Shown: piece after piece, positions 1 through 9,188 of the stretch
Layout of the letters: every line of letters begins with the position of its first letter
How positions within the stretch are numbered: position 1 is the stretch's first letter
Source: Mesoflavibacter sp.
GTDB taxonomy: Bacteria; Bacteroidota; Bacteroidia; Flavobacteriales; Flavobacteriaceae
Direction: 5' to 3'
Assembly: GCA_034110465.1 (NCBI GenBank)
Contig: JAWUZD010000012.1
Coordinates: 80,017-144,016, forward strand
Length of the DNA: 64,000 nucleotides
Notes under the pieces: model-generated
What the model saw: only the letters and a program-made list of their open reading frames with translations
Database searches by the model: none
Told to the model about the DNA's origin: nothing
Made by a program: the position numbers and the translations under genes

Positions 1-436
1 GATCTTTATACTGAAGTCCTTCGCCCGTTTTAAAAAACTCGCCAATAGCTTTTTCCCCAGAATGTCCAAAAGGTGGATTTCCAATATCATGCGCTAAGGC
101 TGCAGACGCTACTATAGCTCCAAAATCGTTTGCTTGATAACCTAATGAATCTTTTAAATTTGGATGTTTTTCTAATATTTTCTTACCAACTAATCTTCCT
201 AAAGATCTTCCCACAACACTTACTTCCAAACTATGTGTTAGACGTGTATGTACAAAATCTGTTTTAGATAATGGTATAACTTGAGTTTTGTCTTGTAAGC
301 TTCTAAACTCTGTAGAAAAAATAACACGATCGTAATCCACCTCAAATCCTAAACGAGTTTCGTCTTGTTCTTTTCTTAAACGTTTGTTTTTATCGCCTTG
401 TCTTTTAAGTGATAAAAGCTGCTCCCAATTCATCAT
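1..436 (-). CDS. dgt: dGTP triphosphohydrolase-like HD-domain protein, N-terminal part (gene runs off the left edge)
   Basis: Not in the ORF track because it is truncated. Reverse translation from ATG at 436 gives MMNWEQLLSLKRQGDKNKRLRKEQDETRLGFEVDYDRVIFSTEFRSLQDKTQV...HTRLTHSLEVSVVGRSLG...LAHDIGNPPFGHSGEKAIGEFF. RLTHS...HDIGNPPFGH is the dGTPase-family HD signature. Confidence 0.8.
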   Translation of the reverse strand, partial: MMNWEQLLSLKRQGDKNKRLRKEQDETRLGFEVDYDRVIFSTEFRSLQDKTQVIPLSKTDFVHTRLTHSLEVSVVGRSLGRLVGKKILEKHPNLKDSLGYQANDFGAIVASAALAHDIGNPPFGHSGEKAIGEFFKTGEGLQYKD

Positions 437-445
437 AAATTTTGA

Positions 446-1024
446 TTATTTCCAAGTAATAGTTTCCATTAATTGTTGGATGTCACTTTTTAGGTAATGT
501 GCTGCTGGTAAAATAGAATCGTAATTAGGTTTTGCATAAAAATACAATGATCCTGTTAAAAAATGATTTATACTATCTGTTACATAAAATTGAGATTGCG
601 ATGCCGCATTTCCGCCAACTTCATAAAACATCCCATAGACCTTTCTGTCTTTGTTTTCGTATATTTGCTCAACAATATCGTCTGCTTTTTTAGTATGCTC
701 TTGTGTAAAATTCTGAGCATCTATTAAATATTTTTTTAAATTTTCCGGATTATTATTTACAGGCTTATATGTTAAATAAATAGTCCCTTTTATCATAGAA
801 TATTCAATATTTACTGCAATACTTTCTTTATCCCCTCTAATTTTTGAAATTTTTAAGGTGTCGGAAAACGTATTTACATCAATACTAAAAGGCAGATTAG
901 TTTCTTTCGTTTTATAAATTGCTTCTGGATAACTTAATCTTAATTGTGCTTTTGGTTTTGGCGTAACATCTTCCTGACAAGATACCACTAGAAATAATAA
1001 AAAAAGTATAAGAATTCTGTACAT
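446..1024 (-). CDS. gldD: gliding motility lipoprotein GldD
   Basis: 192 aa with signal peptide plus lipobox (LFLVVSCQED). It lies 7 nt downstream of the gldE-like gene, in the ssb-gldE-gldD arrangement described for Flavobacterium johnsoniae. Confidence 0.65.
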   Translation of the reverse strand: MYRILILFLLFLVVSCQEDVTPKPKAQLRLSYPEAIYKTKETNLPFSIDVNTFSDTLKISKIRGDKESIAVNIEYSMIKGTIYLTYKPVNNNPENLKKYLIDAQNFTQEHTKKADDIVEQIYENKDRKVYGMFYEVGGNAASQSQFYVTDSINHFLTGSLYFYAKPNYDSILPAAHYLKSDIQQLMETITWK

Positions 1025-1031
1025 ATTAAAT

Positions 1032-2339
1032 TTAAGGTAAGGTTACTTTTAAACGTTTTATGCGTTTTTTATCTAAAGCCTCTATAGTGAAAACGTAATT
1101 TTCGAAATTTATTTTACTATTTCGTTTAGGAAATTTTCCTGAAACTTCTAAAATCAACCCAGCTAAAGTTTCTGCTTCACCTTTTTTTGTTTCAAAAATG
1201 GTTTCGTCTTCTAATTTAATAACTCTATAAAAATCTTTTAAAGCTGTTTTAGCTTCAAACACATAGTTTTTATCGTCTAACTTAGAATAAACTAAATCCT
1301 CATCATCAAATTCATCACTAATATCTCCAACAATTTCTTCAATAACATCTTCTAAAGAAATCAATCCAGATGTTCCACCATATTCATCTACAACAACTGC
1401 TAAATGGACTTTTCTCTCTTGAAATTCCGACATTAAATCGTCTAATTTCTTATTTTCTGTAACAAAAAAGGGTTCTCTTAAAAGCGTTGTCCAATCATAC
1501 TCATCTTCGTTATTATGTGGTAATAAATCTTTAACATAAAGAATACCTTTAATTTGGTCTATACTTTCTTCGTAAACAGGAATTCTAGAATAACCTTTAT
1601 CTATTAATTTAGGAAGAATGTTTTGAAATGACTCGACTATATTCAACGCAAAAATATCAATCCTTGGTTGCATAACTTGTCTGGTATCTGTGTTACCAAA
1701 AGATACAATTCCTTGAAGGATTTTCTGTTCTTCGTCTGTAGTATCTTCATCACTAGTTAATTCTAAAGCTTGTGATAGCTGATCTACACTTAAATTAACT
1801 TTTTGTTTTCCTAATTTCTTATGAATACCAATAGTAATAGCGCGCATTGGCATACTTAAAGGCGAGAACAACACGTCTAAAACCTTTAACGGATACGCCA
1901 TAAGTTTTGCGAATTTTACATTGTTTCTACTTGCGTAAATCTTAGGTAATATCTCTCCAAAAAGTAAGATTAAAAAGGTGATTAAAACGACTTCTAAAAC
2001 AAACTTTAGTACTTCCGAGGAAATCCCTGCAAAAATAATATCTCCTAAAAATGCAAAGAGAATTACTACAGCAATGTTTATAAAGTTGTTGGCAACAAGA
2101 ATAGTTGCTAATAATTTTTTGGGGCGTTCTAAAAGTTTTGAAATTATAATGATACGTTTATCAGTTTGCTCTTCTTCTAAAACCGATTTAGACAAGGAGA
2201 AAAAAGCTACTTCTGCTCCAGAAATCAATGCTGAAAAAAACAACAGAATAAACAGTAATATAAAACTAAAAACATCTGAAAATACAGAAAAATCGATAGT
2301 TAAAAATGAAAATAATAATCTTGTGGGTTCAGGATCCAA
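1032..2339 (-). CDS. gldE: gliding motility protein GldE (CNNM/DUF21 transmembrane + CBS pair + CorC/HlyC C-terminal domain)
   Basis: 435 aa. The N-terminal half has hydrophobic helices. It is followed by a CBS-pair region (RQVMQPRIDIFAL...IPVYEESIDQIKGILYVKDLL) and a CorC_HlyC-like tail (LAGLILEVSGKFP...KRIKRLKV). Position is between ssb and gldD. Confidence 0.75.
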   Translation of the reverse strand: MDPEPTRLLFSFLTIDFSVFSDVFSFILLFILLFFSALISGAEVAFFSLSKSVLEEEQTDKRIIIISKLLERPKKLLATILVANNFINIAVVILFAFLGDIIFAGISSEVLKFVLEVVLITFLILLFGEILPKIYASRNNVKFAKLMAYPLKVLDVLFSPLSMPMRAITIGIHKKLGKQKVNLSVDQLSQALELTSDEDTTDEEQKILQGIVSFGNTDTRQVMQPRIDIFALNIVESFQNILPKLIDKGYSRIPVYEESIDQIKGILYVKDLLPHNNEDEYDWTTLLREPFFVTENKKLDDLMSEFQERKVHLAVVVDEYGGTSGLISLEDVIEEIVGDISDEFDDEDLVYSKLDDKNYVFEAKTALKDFYRVIKLEDETIFETKKGEAETLAGLILEVSGKFPKRNSKINFENYVFTIEALDKKRIKRLKVTLP

Positions 2340-2354
2340 TGTTATTTTTTTAAA

Positions 2355-2786
2355 TTAAAAGGGTAAATCATCTTTTTCGGGTTTATCCTTAATTGTCTTT
2401 GTTGCTGTTTTTGGTGTTTCAGTTTGCTGTGGTACGTTTTGAGGATCTTTTTTAGTACTTAAAAACGTGAAATCTGTGACTTGAATTTCAGATGAATAGC
2501 GTTCTACACCAGCATCATCTTGCCATTTTCTTGACTTAATTCTTCCTTCTACATAAACTTTATCGCCTTTTGTTAGATATTTTTCGCAGATTTCTGCAGC
2601 TTTATTTCTAACTACAATATTATGCCATTCTGTGTTTGTAACACGTTCGTTAGTTTGTTTACTTGTATAAGTTTCGTTAGTGGCTAAAGGAAAACGACCA
2701 ACACAATTACCACCTTCAAAATAATGCATTTTAACTTCGTCGCCTAAATGGCCTATAAGCATCACTTTATTTAAAGTTCCAGACAT
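2355..2786 (-). CDS. ssb: single-stranded DNA-binding protein
   Basis: 143 aa with an OB fold (LNKVMLIGHLGDEV...TEWHNIVV...GDKVYVEGRI..RKWQD) and the acidic C-terminal tip DDLPF typical of SSB. Confidence 0.95.
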   Translation of the reverse strand: MSGTLNKVMLIGHLGDEVKMHYFEGGNCVGRFPLATNETYTSKQTNERVTNTEWHNIVVRNKAAEICEKYLTKGDKVYVEGRIKSRKWQDDAGVERYSSEIQVTDFTFLSTKKDPQNVPQQTETPKTATKTIKDKPEKDDLPF

Positions 2787-2855
2787 AATTTTTAATTTAA
2801 ATGGCTAATCTACTATTTCAATTTAATAAAGTTACAAAAAAAATAAAAGTTCGTG

Positions 2856-3887
2856 CTAAAAATTAAATGATTTTATAAAATTCGCTATTAAAACTGGTAC
2901 AGGAAAATCGTGTAATTTGTTTATTTTAATTGAATTTTTACATTTCTCAGACGTATTAACCACCCAAAATTTGGTATACAAATGCTGATGTGATAATTTA
3001 TGAACTACAGGCACTTGATTATATAAAGACACATCAAAATCCTTAAGTTCTAATTCTCTTTTTATATATGAATAGATTTCGGAAGTATCAACTTCAGATA
3101 AACTATTATATAATGGAAACTGATAAAGGTTTTGCCAAATACCTTTTCCTATACGTTTTTCTAAAACAACATTATCATCATTTATAATTACCAGAAAATT
3201 AAAAAATTTAGTAGTCACTTTAGTTTTTTTAATTTTTACAGGTAATTCATTCACTTTATTTGTGTTAAAAGCTATGCATTTAGCATTAAATACGCAGTCA
3301 CTACATAAAGGCTGTTTTGGCTTACAAACTTGCGATCCATAATCCATTATCGCTTGATTAAACGTAGCTGGTTGTTTTTTATCCAATAACTCTTGAGCTA
3401 AAACTTTAAATTCTTTAATCCCATTAGTGCTATTTATAGGTGTCTCAATACCAAATATTCGAGCTAAAACTCGATAAACATTGCCATCTACAACTGCAGT
3501 TTTCTCATTAAAACAAATAGAAGCTATTGCACTTGCTGTATAATCGCCAACGCCTTTAAGTTTTTTTATATCATCATAAGTACTAGGAAAAACACCATTA
3601 AGATTTTCAACTACATATTTAGCAGATGAGTGTAAATTTCGTGCTCTAGAATAATAACCTAAGCCTTGCCATAAATTTAGAACATCTTCTTCTTTTGCTT
3701 CTGCTAAATCGAAAATTGATGGAAAATTCACTGTAAATTTAGTGTAATATGGCCAGCCTTGCTTAACCTGTGTTTGCTGTAATATAATTTCAGACAGCCA
3801 AATAAAATAAGGGGTTTGAGTTTCTCTCCACGGAAGACTCCTTTTATTTACTGAATACCAATTAATTAGAGTTTTTGAGAAATTCAT
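2856..3887 (-). CDS. mutY: A/G-specific adenine DNA glycosylase
   Basis: 343 aa. LPWR...PYFIWLSEIILQQTQV, HhH-GPD region (LKGVGDYTASAIASI), a 4-Cys Fe-S loop (CKPKQPLCSDCVFNAKC) and a NUDIX-like C-terminal domain. Confidence 0.9.
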   Translation of the reverse strand: MNFSKTLINWYSVNKRSLPWRETQTPYFIWLSEIILQQTQVKQGWPYYTKFTVNFPSIFDLAEAKEEDVLNLWQGLGYYSRARNLHSSAKYVVENLNGVFPSTYDDIKKLKGVGDYTASAIASICFNEKTAVVDGNVYRVLARIFGIETPINSTNGIKEFKVLAQELLDKKQPATFNQAIMDYGSQVCKPKQPLCSDCVFNAKCIAFNTNKVNELPVKIKKTKVTTKFFNFLVIINDDNVVLEKRIGKGIWQNLYQFPLYNSLSEVDTSEIYSYIKRELELKDFDVSLYNQVPVVHKLSHQHLYTKFWVVNTSEKCKNSIKINKLHDFPVPVLIANFIKSFNF

Positions 3888-3951
3888 CTAGTACTAAAAA
3901 TATAAAAGTCAAAATTAATCTTTTATTGCTATAAATTTTAATGAATTACGC

Positions 3952-3983
3952 TTGAAATATTGAATATTAAATGACTATATTTG
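3952..3983 (+). promoter_or_regulatory. candidate Bacteroidota sigma-A promoter for the HU gene (-33 TTG / -7 TATATTTG)
   Basis: TATATTTG at 3976-3983 matches the Bacteroidetes -7 consensus TAnnTTTG. A TTG at 3952-3954 lies 21 nt upstream. The start codon is at 4020. Confidence 0.4.
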
Positions 3984-4019
3984 CAAGCCTTATAAATTTA
4001 GTAACTTAATTATAACAAA

Positions 4020-4310
4020 ATGACTAAAGCAGATTTAGTATCTAAAATTTCTGAAAAATTAGGAATAGAAAAAGGAGACGTACAAGCTACAGTTGAAACT
4101 TTTATGGAAGAAGTAAAAACTTCTTTAGAAGCTGGAGATAATGTTTACCTTAGAGGTTTTGGAAGCTTTATAATTAAAACCAGAGCAGAAAAAACTGGTC
4201 GTAACATTTCAAAAAATACGACTATTAAAATTCCTGCACACAACATACCTGCGTTTAAGCCAGCTAAAGTATTTGTAGAAGGTGTAAAAACTAACGTAGA
4301 AGTAAAGTAA
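4020..4310 (+). CDS. hup: HU family DNA-binding protein
   Basis: 96 aa. MTKADLV..ISEKLG...V..FMEEV...L..GD.V.LRGFGSF....RAEKTGRNI..NT.I.IPA...P.FKP matches the HU/IHF fold signature. Confidence 0.9.
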   Translation: MTKADLVSKISEKLGIEKGDVQATVETFMEEVKTSLEAGDNVYLRGFGSFIIKTRAEKTGRNISKNTTIKIPAHNIPAFKPAKVFVEGVKTNVEVK

Positions 4311-4342
4311 AAACGAATTATTAATCTAAAAAAACCTATTTT

Positions 4343-4432
4343 ATGCCAAGCGGTAAAAAACGTAAAAGACACAAGGTTGCGACACACAAGCGTAAGAAAA
4401 GAAGACGCGCTAATCGTCACAAGAAAAAGTAA
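4343..4432 (+). CDS. 29-aa ultra-basic peptide, probable small ribosomal protein of the bS22 (mS38/AURKAIP1-like) type
   Basis: Too short for the ORF track. ATG at 4343 to TAA at 4430-4432 encodes MPSGKKRKRHKVATHKRKKRRRANRHKKK, of which about 20 of 29 residues are K/R/H. A strong hairpin terminator follows directly (4438-4466). The KKRKRxK...HKxKKxxR pattern resembles bS22/mS38 peptides as I remember them. Confidence 0.5.
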   Translation: MPSGKKRKRHKVATHKRKKRRRANRHKKK

Positions 4433-4437
4433 TAAGT

Positions 4438-4466
4438 TAAAAAAGTAGTTGTAAGACTACTTTTTT
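4438..4466 (+). terminator. rho-independent terminator after HU/basic-peptide unit
   Basis: AAAAGTAGT-tgtaag-ACTACTTTTTT: stem 4441-4449 / 4456-4464 followed by a T run. Confidence 0.7.
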
Positions 4467-4614
4467 GGTTTATTAAAAACTCAGTTCTTTGAAATAGAGT
4501 TCTACTTAATTTAACAACCTTAATTAAGCTAGAAACTCATTGGATTTAATCATCCTGTGAAAGAAATAATGTATAATCCATCTGTACTTAATTGTATGGA
4601 TAAAAATTAACGAA

Positions 4615-6159
4615 ATGGAAAAAGAATTGATTATTCGATCTAATCCGGAACATGTTGATTTTGCCTTATTAAAAGATGGAAAACTTATTGAATTACATAA
4701 AGATGAAGATGATAACAAATTTGCTGTAGGCGATATATTTATTGCTAAAGTACGCAAAGCTGTTCCGGGACTAAATGCGGCATTTGTAAATGTAGGCTAC
4801 GAAAAAGATGGCTTTTTACATTATCACGATTTAGGACCTAAAATCTCTTCAGTTATAAAATTCACTAAAAATGTAAGCTCAGGTAAACTTAAAGATTTTT
4901 CTTTAAAAAATTTCCCATTTGAACAAGACATTGCTAAAGACGGAACTATTAGCGATGTTCTAAAATCTAACCAATCTATACTGGTTCAAGTTGTAAAAGA
5001 ACCAATATCTTCTAAAGGCCCAAGAATAAGCTCAGAGCTTTCTATTGCCGGAAGATATATAGTTTTAGTGCCTTTTTCTAATCGTATTTCTATTTCTCAA
5101 AAAATAGAGGACAAAGAAGAAAAAGACCGCTTAAAAAGACTTGTAAAGAGCATAACACCTCAAGGATTTGGAGTTATTGTTCGTACAGTAGCAGAAGGCC
5201 AAAAAGTGGCAGAATTAGATCAAGATTTACAAAACTTACTTGGTAAGTGGAATACAATGTGTAAAAAACTACACAAAGCAAACCATCCAAGTAAAGTATT
5301 AGGAGAATTAAATAAAGCCTCTTCAATTTTAAGAGACATATTTAACGATTCCTTTACAGGAATTCAAGTAGATGATGCACAACTATTTGAACAAGTAAAA
5401 GATTATGTGCAAACAATTGCACCAAAAAAGGAGTCTATTGTTAAGCATTACAATGCTAACGTACCAATTTTTGAAAAATATGGTATTGAACGTCAAATTA
5501 AAACTGCTTTTGGCAAAACAGTTTCTATGTCTAGAGGTGCATACCTTGTTATAGAGCATACGGAAGCTTTACATGTAGTAGACGTAAATAGTGGTAATCG
5601 TTCTAACAAAGCAAACTCTCAAGAAGATACAGCTTTAGAAGTCAACTTAATTTCTGCAACGGAGGTTGCAAGACAACTACGTCTAAGAGATATGGGCGGA
5701 ATTATTGTGGTCGATTTTATTGACTTAAATACTGCCGAACATAGAAAACAACTTTTCGATCATTTACGAGAAGAAATGAAAGATGATAGAGCAAAGCACA
5801 AAATATTGCCTCCAAGCAAATTTGGGCTAATACAAATTACAAGACAACGTGTAAGACCAGAAATGAACATCAAGACGCGAGAAGCTAATCCTGATGGAAA
5901 TGAAGGCCAAGAAATTGAAGCACCAATAGGAATAGTGCAAAAAATTGAACACGAAATTGATCAACTATTAAAAAAAGGCCATAAAAAGGTAACGTTAAAT
6001 ACGCATCCTTTTATTGCAGCCTTTTTAACCAAAGGATTTCCGTCTATCCGTTCAAAGTGGTTTTTTGAACACAAAAAATGGGTGAAAGTATCACCAAGAG
6101 ATGCATTTACTTATCTAGAATATAATTTTTCTGATAAAGATGGCAAGCTCATTAATTAA
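4615..6159 (+). CDS. rng: Rne/Rng family ribonuclease (RNase G-like)
   Basis: 514 aa. S1 domain (VGDIFIAKVRKAVPGLNAAFVNVGYEKDGFLH), then the catalytic core (ALHVVDVNSG, GGIIVVDFID, FGLIQITRQR). Confidence 0.9.
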   Translation: MEKELIIRSNPEHVDFALLKDGKLIELHKDEDDNKFAVGDIFIAKVRKAVPGLNAAFVNVGYEKDGFLHYHDLGPKISSVIKFTKNVSSGKLKDFSLKNFPFEQDIAKDGTISDVLKSNQSILVQVVKEPISSKGPRISSELSIAGRYIVLVPFSNRISISQKIEDKEEKDRLKRLVKSITPQGFGVIVRTVAEGQKVAELDQDLQNLLGKWNTMCKKLHKANHPSKVLGELNKASSILRDIFNDSFTGIQVDDAQLFEQVKDYVQTIAPKKESIVKHYNANVPIFEKYGIERQIKTAFGKTVSMSRGAYLVIEHTEALHVVDVNSGNRSNKANSQEDTALEVNLISATEVARQLRLRDMGGIIVVDFIDLNTAEHRKQLFDHLREEMKDDRAKHKILPPSKFGLIQITRQRVRPEMNIKTREANPDGNEGQEIEAPIGIVQKIEHEIDQLLKKGHKKVTLNTHPFIAAFLTKGFPSIRSKWFFEHKKWVKVSPRDAFTYLEYNFSDKDGKLIN

Positions 6160-6160
6160 T

Positions 6161-6198
6161 AAAAAACGCGTTACTAATATTTAGTAACGCGTTTTTTT
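6161..6198. terminator. bidirectional hairpin terminator between rng (+) and the aldo-keto reductase (-)
   Basis: AAAAAACGCGTTACTAA-tat-TTAGTAACGCGTTTTTTT: a perfect 11-bp stem flanked by an A run and a T run. Confidence 0.8.
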
Positions 6199-6218
6199 AT
6201 GTCTTAAAATCACTTTTT

Positions 6219-7253
6219 TTAAGAAGCTGGATTAGGCATAATACTATGAATTTTATTTATTTCTCCTAACAACTCATCCGAAATAGTAACCTCTATAGAT
6301 TTAATGTTTTCTTTTAATTGCTCTAAACTTGTTGCTCCAATAATATTACTTGTTATAAATGGTCTTTGGTTTACAAAGGCTAAGCTCATTTGTGCTAGTG
6401 TTAAATTATTCTTTTCTGCCAATTCTAAATACAGTCTAGTAGCTTCTGTGGATTGCTCACTGCTATATCTTGCAAAACGTGGAAATAACTTTAATCTTGA
6501 ATTAGATCCTTCAATTCCTTTTAAATATTTTCCAGACAATACACCAAATGCCATTGGAGAATATGCCAAAAGTCCTATGTTTTCTCTGTCAGAAATTTCC
6601 GCCATATCACCTTCGTAAATACGATTTATTAAAGAATATGCGTTTTGAATAGTTATTGGTCTTACTAATTTATTTTTATCTGCTTCATTTAAATAACGCA
6701 TAGTTCCCCAAGCCTTTTCATTACTTAAGCCTACGTTTCTTATTTTTCCAGATTTTACTAAATCGCTTAATGTTTCTAAAACAGTTTGAAAATTATCCTG
6801 CCAAACCTCTTCTTTTTGCTTTACATAATCCCTTACACCAAAAGTATTTGTTGTTCTTTCTGGCCAATGTAATTGGTATAAATCTATATAATCTGTTTGC
6901 AAACGTTTTAATTCAGAATTTACTGCTTCATTTAGAGCTTCTTTAGAAAAACCAGAGGTTCTAATATGTGCTGTATAGTCTCCAGGACCTGCAATTTTTG
7001 AGGCTATAACTAAATCTTCTCTTTTTTGATTTTTTAACCAATTACCAATTATTTTACTTGTTCTTCCTTGAGTTTCTGCTGTGGCAGGAACTGGATACAG
7101 TTCTGCAGTATCAATAAAATTAACACCTTGACTTACGGCATAATCTAATTGCTCGTGTCCTTCTGATTCTGTGTTTTGGTTTCCCCAAGTCATAGAGCCT
7201 AGACAAATTTTACTTACTTTTATATCTGTATTAGGTAGTGTTGTGTATTTCAT
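6219..7253 (-). CDS. tas: NADP(H)-dependent aldo-keto reductase, Tas-like
   Basis: 344 aa, collinear with my memory of E. coli Tas: LG.MT.G.QN.E...H.QLDYAV.QG.N.ID.AE.YPVP...ETQG.T, LKRLQTDYIDLYQ.HWP.R.TN, GKIR..G.SNE.A.G.MRYL, PF..S...GAT...QLK.NI.S. Confidence 0.85.
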   Translation of the reverse strand: MKYTTLPNTDIKVSKICLGSMTWGNQNTESEGHEQLDYAVSQGVNFIDTAELYPVPATAETQGRTSKIIGNWLKNQKREDLVIASKIAGPGDYTAHIRTSGFSKEALNEAVNSELKRLQTDYIDLYQLHWPERTTNTFGVRDYVKQKEEVWQDNFQTVLETLSDLVKSGKIRNVGLSNEKAWGTMRYLNEADKNKLVRPITIQNAYSLINRIYEGDMAEISDRENIGLLAYSPMAFGVLSGKYLKGIEGSNSRLKLFPRFARYSSEQSTEATRLYLELAEKNNLTLAQMSLAFVNQRPFITSNIIGATSLEQLKENIKSIEVTISDELLGEINKIHSIMPNPAS

Positions 7254-7275
7254 CTTTAAAAAATTAGTTCTGTAA

Positions 7276-7316
7276 ATATAAAAAGCCTTTTAGCATGTTA
7301 TCCTGCTAAAAGGCTT
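7276..7316 (-). terminator. rho-independent terminator of the OmpA-family gene
   Basis: AAGCCTTTTAGCA-8 nt loop-TGCTAAAAGGCTT (7283-7295 / 7304-7316). On the minus strand the stem is followed by TTTTATATTT. Confidence 0.7.
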
Positions 7317-7349
7317 AAATGTTTGTTAATTTGGTAAAATTAATAAAAA

Positions 7350-8309
7350 TTATCTTTTCTCTAACAATCTTGAAAGCTTATCTAACTTAGGTGTTAGTAT
7401 AACTTCTATACGTCTATTTTTTGCTTTTCCTTCAAGAGTTTCATTAGTTGCTATTGGAGCAAATTCTCCTCGTCCTGCTGCAGTAAGATTATCTCTTTTA
7501 ATTGACTTATTTTTTTCTAATATATTTACAATTGCTGTAGCTCTTTTAGTAGATAAATCCCAATTACCTGAAATTTGATTAGATCCTTTAAATGGATCGT
7601 TATCTGTATGTCCTTCAATTAAAACTGAAATTTCTGGGTTTTCTGCTAAAACTTCACCTAACTGCATAACAGCTTTTGCGCCATCTTGTCCAACAGACCA
7701 ACTTCCTGGTTTAAACAACAGCTTGTTTTCCATAGATACATAGACTTTTCCATCTCGTTGCTCTACCGTTAACCCTTTACCTTCAAAATCTGTTAATGCA
7801 CTTGAAATTGAATTTTTAAGCTCTGTCATAGAAGCATCTTTTGCAGCTATTACACTTTCTAACTCTGCTACGCGCTGAGATCTATTTTCTAATTCTGCTT
7901 TTAAAGTTTCTAATCTTGCACTTTCTGATGCTAATGCAGATTCTTTAGCTTCTAGTTTTGCTAAAAGCTCTTTATTTTTCTTAGTGTTTTCTGATAAAGC
8001 AGATGAACTGTTTTTTTCTAAAGCATCATAAGATTCCTTAAGTGTATTATAATTTGTTCTTGCTGCGGCTAAATCTGCTACTAATTTATTTTTAGTGTCA
8101 ACTGCTTGATCGTATTCAGACTTTAACTTAATAAAATCGTTAGACGTTGCATTTTTAGTTTTTAATAAGGTTGCATTCTCATCGGCTAAATCAGAATTTT
8201 CCTTTTTTAAATCTGCATATTTATTTTCTAAATCTTTATATACTTTTGGCGATACACAAGCTGTTAATAATACACTTGATAAGGCAAAAGTTAGAAGTCT
8301 GTTTTTCAT
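7350..8309 (-). CDS. OmpA-family lipoprotein with long N-terminal coiled coil
   Basis: 319 aa with lipobox LLTACVSP. Residues about 25-170 are heptad-like and A/E/K/L-rich. The C-terminus is an OmpA_C peptidoglycan-binding domain (IEGHTDNDPF...NWDLSTKRA.AIV...AAGRGEF.P...........NRRIEVIL). Confidence 0.8.
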   Translation of the reverse strand: MKNRLLTFALSSVLLTACVSPKVYKDLENKYADLKKENSDLADENATLLKTKNATSNDFIKLKSEYDQAVDTKNKLVADLAAARTNYNTLKESYDALEKNSSSALSENTKKNKELLAKLEAKESALASESARLETLKAELENRSQRVAELESVIAAKDASMTELKNSISSALTDFEGKGLTVEQRDGKVYVSMENKLLFKPGSWSVGQDGAKAVMQLGEVLAENPEISVLIEGHTDNDPFKGSNQISGNWDLSTKRATAIVNILEKNKSIKRDNLTAAGRGEFAPIATNETLEGKAKNRRIEVILTPKLDKLSRLLEKR

Positions 8310-8317
8310 AATTTATT

Positions 8318-9079
8318 TTATTTATCTAATTCAACTACTATTGGACAATGGTCGCTATGTTTGGCTTCTGTTAAAATAAGCGCTCTTTTTATTTTTGATT
8401 TTAAGTTTTCTGAAACCATTGCATAATCTAAACGCCAACCTTTATTATTAGCTCTAGAGTTTGCTCTATAACTCCACCAACTAAATTCTTGTTTCTCTGG
8501 ATGAATAAAACGATAAGAATCTGTAAAACCTGAATTTACAAAACTGGTTAACCACTCACGTTCTTCAGGTAAAAACCCTGAAACACCTTTCATTTTTGGA
8601 TTATGAATATCTATTGCTTCGTGACAAATATTATAGTCACCACAAACTACCAAATTTGGTTTTTCTACTCTTAATTCCTTTAAATAGGTTTTAATTGAAT
8701 CCATATAACCAAACTTAAACTCTAAGCGTTCAATATTTGTTCCACTTGGCAAATATATACTCATTACAGATATGTCGCCAAAATCTGCACGAATATTTCT
8801 TCCTTCAAAATCCATTTCTTCTATTCCTGTTCCATACTCTATATGATCTGGTTCCACTTTACTTAAAATAGCCACACCACTATAGCCTTTTTTTTGTGCA
8901 GAATACCAATAGTTATATTTATAACCAGCTTCTTCAAACACACTTAAATCTAACTGTTCTTTATTTGCTTTAATTTCTTGTAAACATAAAACATCTGGAT
9001 TAGCACTTTTTAGCCAATCTATAAACCCTTTTTTTAAAGCTGCTCTTATACCATTTACATTGTAAGAAATAATTTTCAT
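8318..9079 (-). CDS. xth: exodeoxyribonuclease III (AP endonuclease, EEP fold)
   Basis: 253 aa. MKIISYNVNGIRA...DVLCLQEIK, GYSGVAILSK, VVCGDYNICHE.IDIHNP, SWWSYR......N.GWRLDY, SDHCP. Confidence 0.9.
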   Translation of the reverse strand: MKIISYNVNGIRAALKKGFIDWLKSANPDVLCLQEIKANKEQLDLSVFEEAGYKYNYWYSAQKKGYSGVAILSKVEPDHIEYGTGIEEMDFEGRNIRADFGDISVMSIYLPSGTNIERLEFKFGYMDSIKTYLKELRVEKPNLVVCGDYNICHEAIDIHNPKMKGVSGFLPEEREWLTSFVNSGFTDSYRFIHPEKQEFSWWSYRANSRANNKGWRLDYAMVSENLKSKIKRALILTEAKHSDHCPIVVELDK

Positions 9080-9188
9080 TAGGATATATTGAAATGAATT
9101 TTAGCTAAAGTAAATAATGCTTTACTTTTACACTATAAAACTTACTGTTTTTTATGAAATAATTCTATAAAAATTTAGTTTACTCAAT

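Noticed and set aside
1978-2358. 126-aa plus-strand ORF in the track, antisense to gldE.
   Set aside because: It lies entirely within the well-supported gldE CDS. Its translation is low-complexity and K/N/S-rich, as expected from the reverse frame of an AT-rich gene. It has no start context or promoter.
4145-4420. 91-aa minus-strand ORF overlapping the HU gene and the small basic ORF.
   Set aside because: It is a shadow ORF antisense to two better-supported genes. Its translation is hydrophobic and low-complexity with no motif.
4433-4614. 182-nt leader upstream of rng with small hairpins (ATCCAT-14 nt-ATGGAT at about 4577-4602; GGAT-ttaatc-ATCC) as a possible autoregulatory 5' UTR like E. 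coli rne.
   Set aside because: The stems are short (4-6 bp) and AT-rich, so they are expected by chance in this composition. There is no way to assess covariation from one sequence.
4524-4757. 77-aa minus-strand ORF overlapping the start of rng.
   Set aside because: It overlaps the conserved S1-domain coding region of RNase G on the opposite strand and has no recognisable features.
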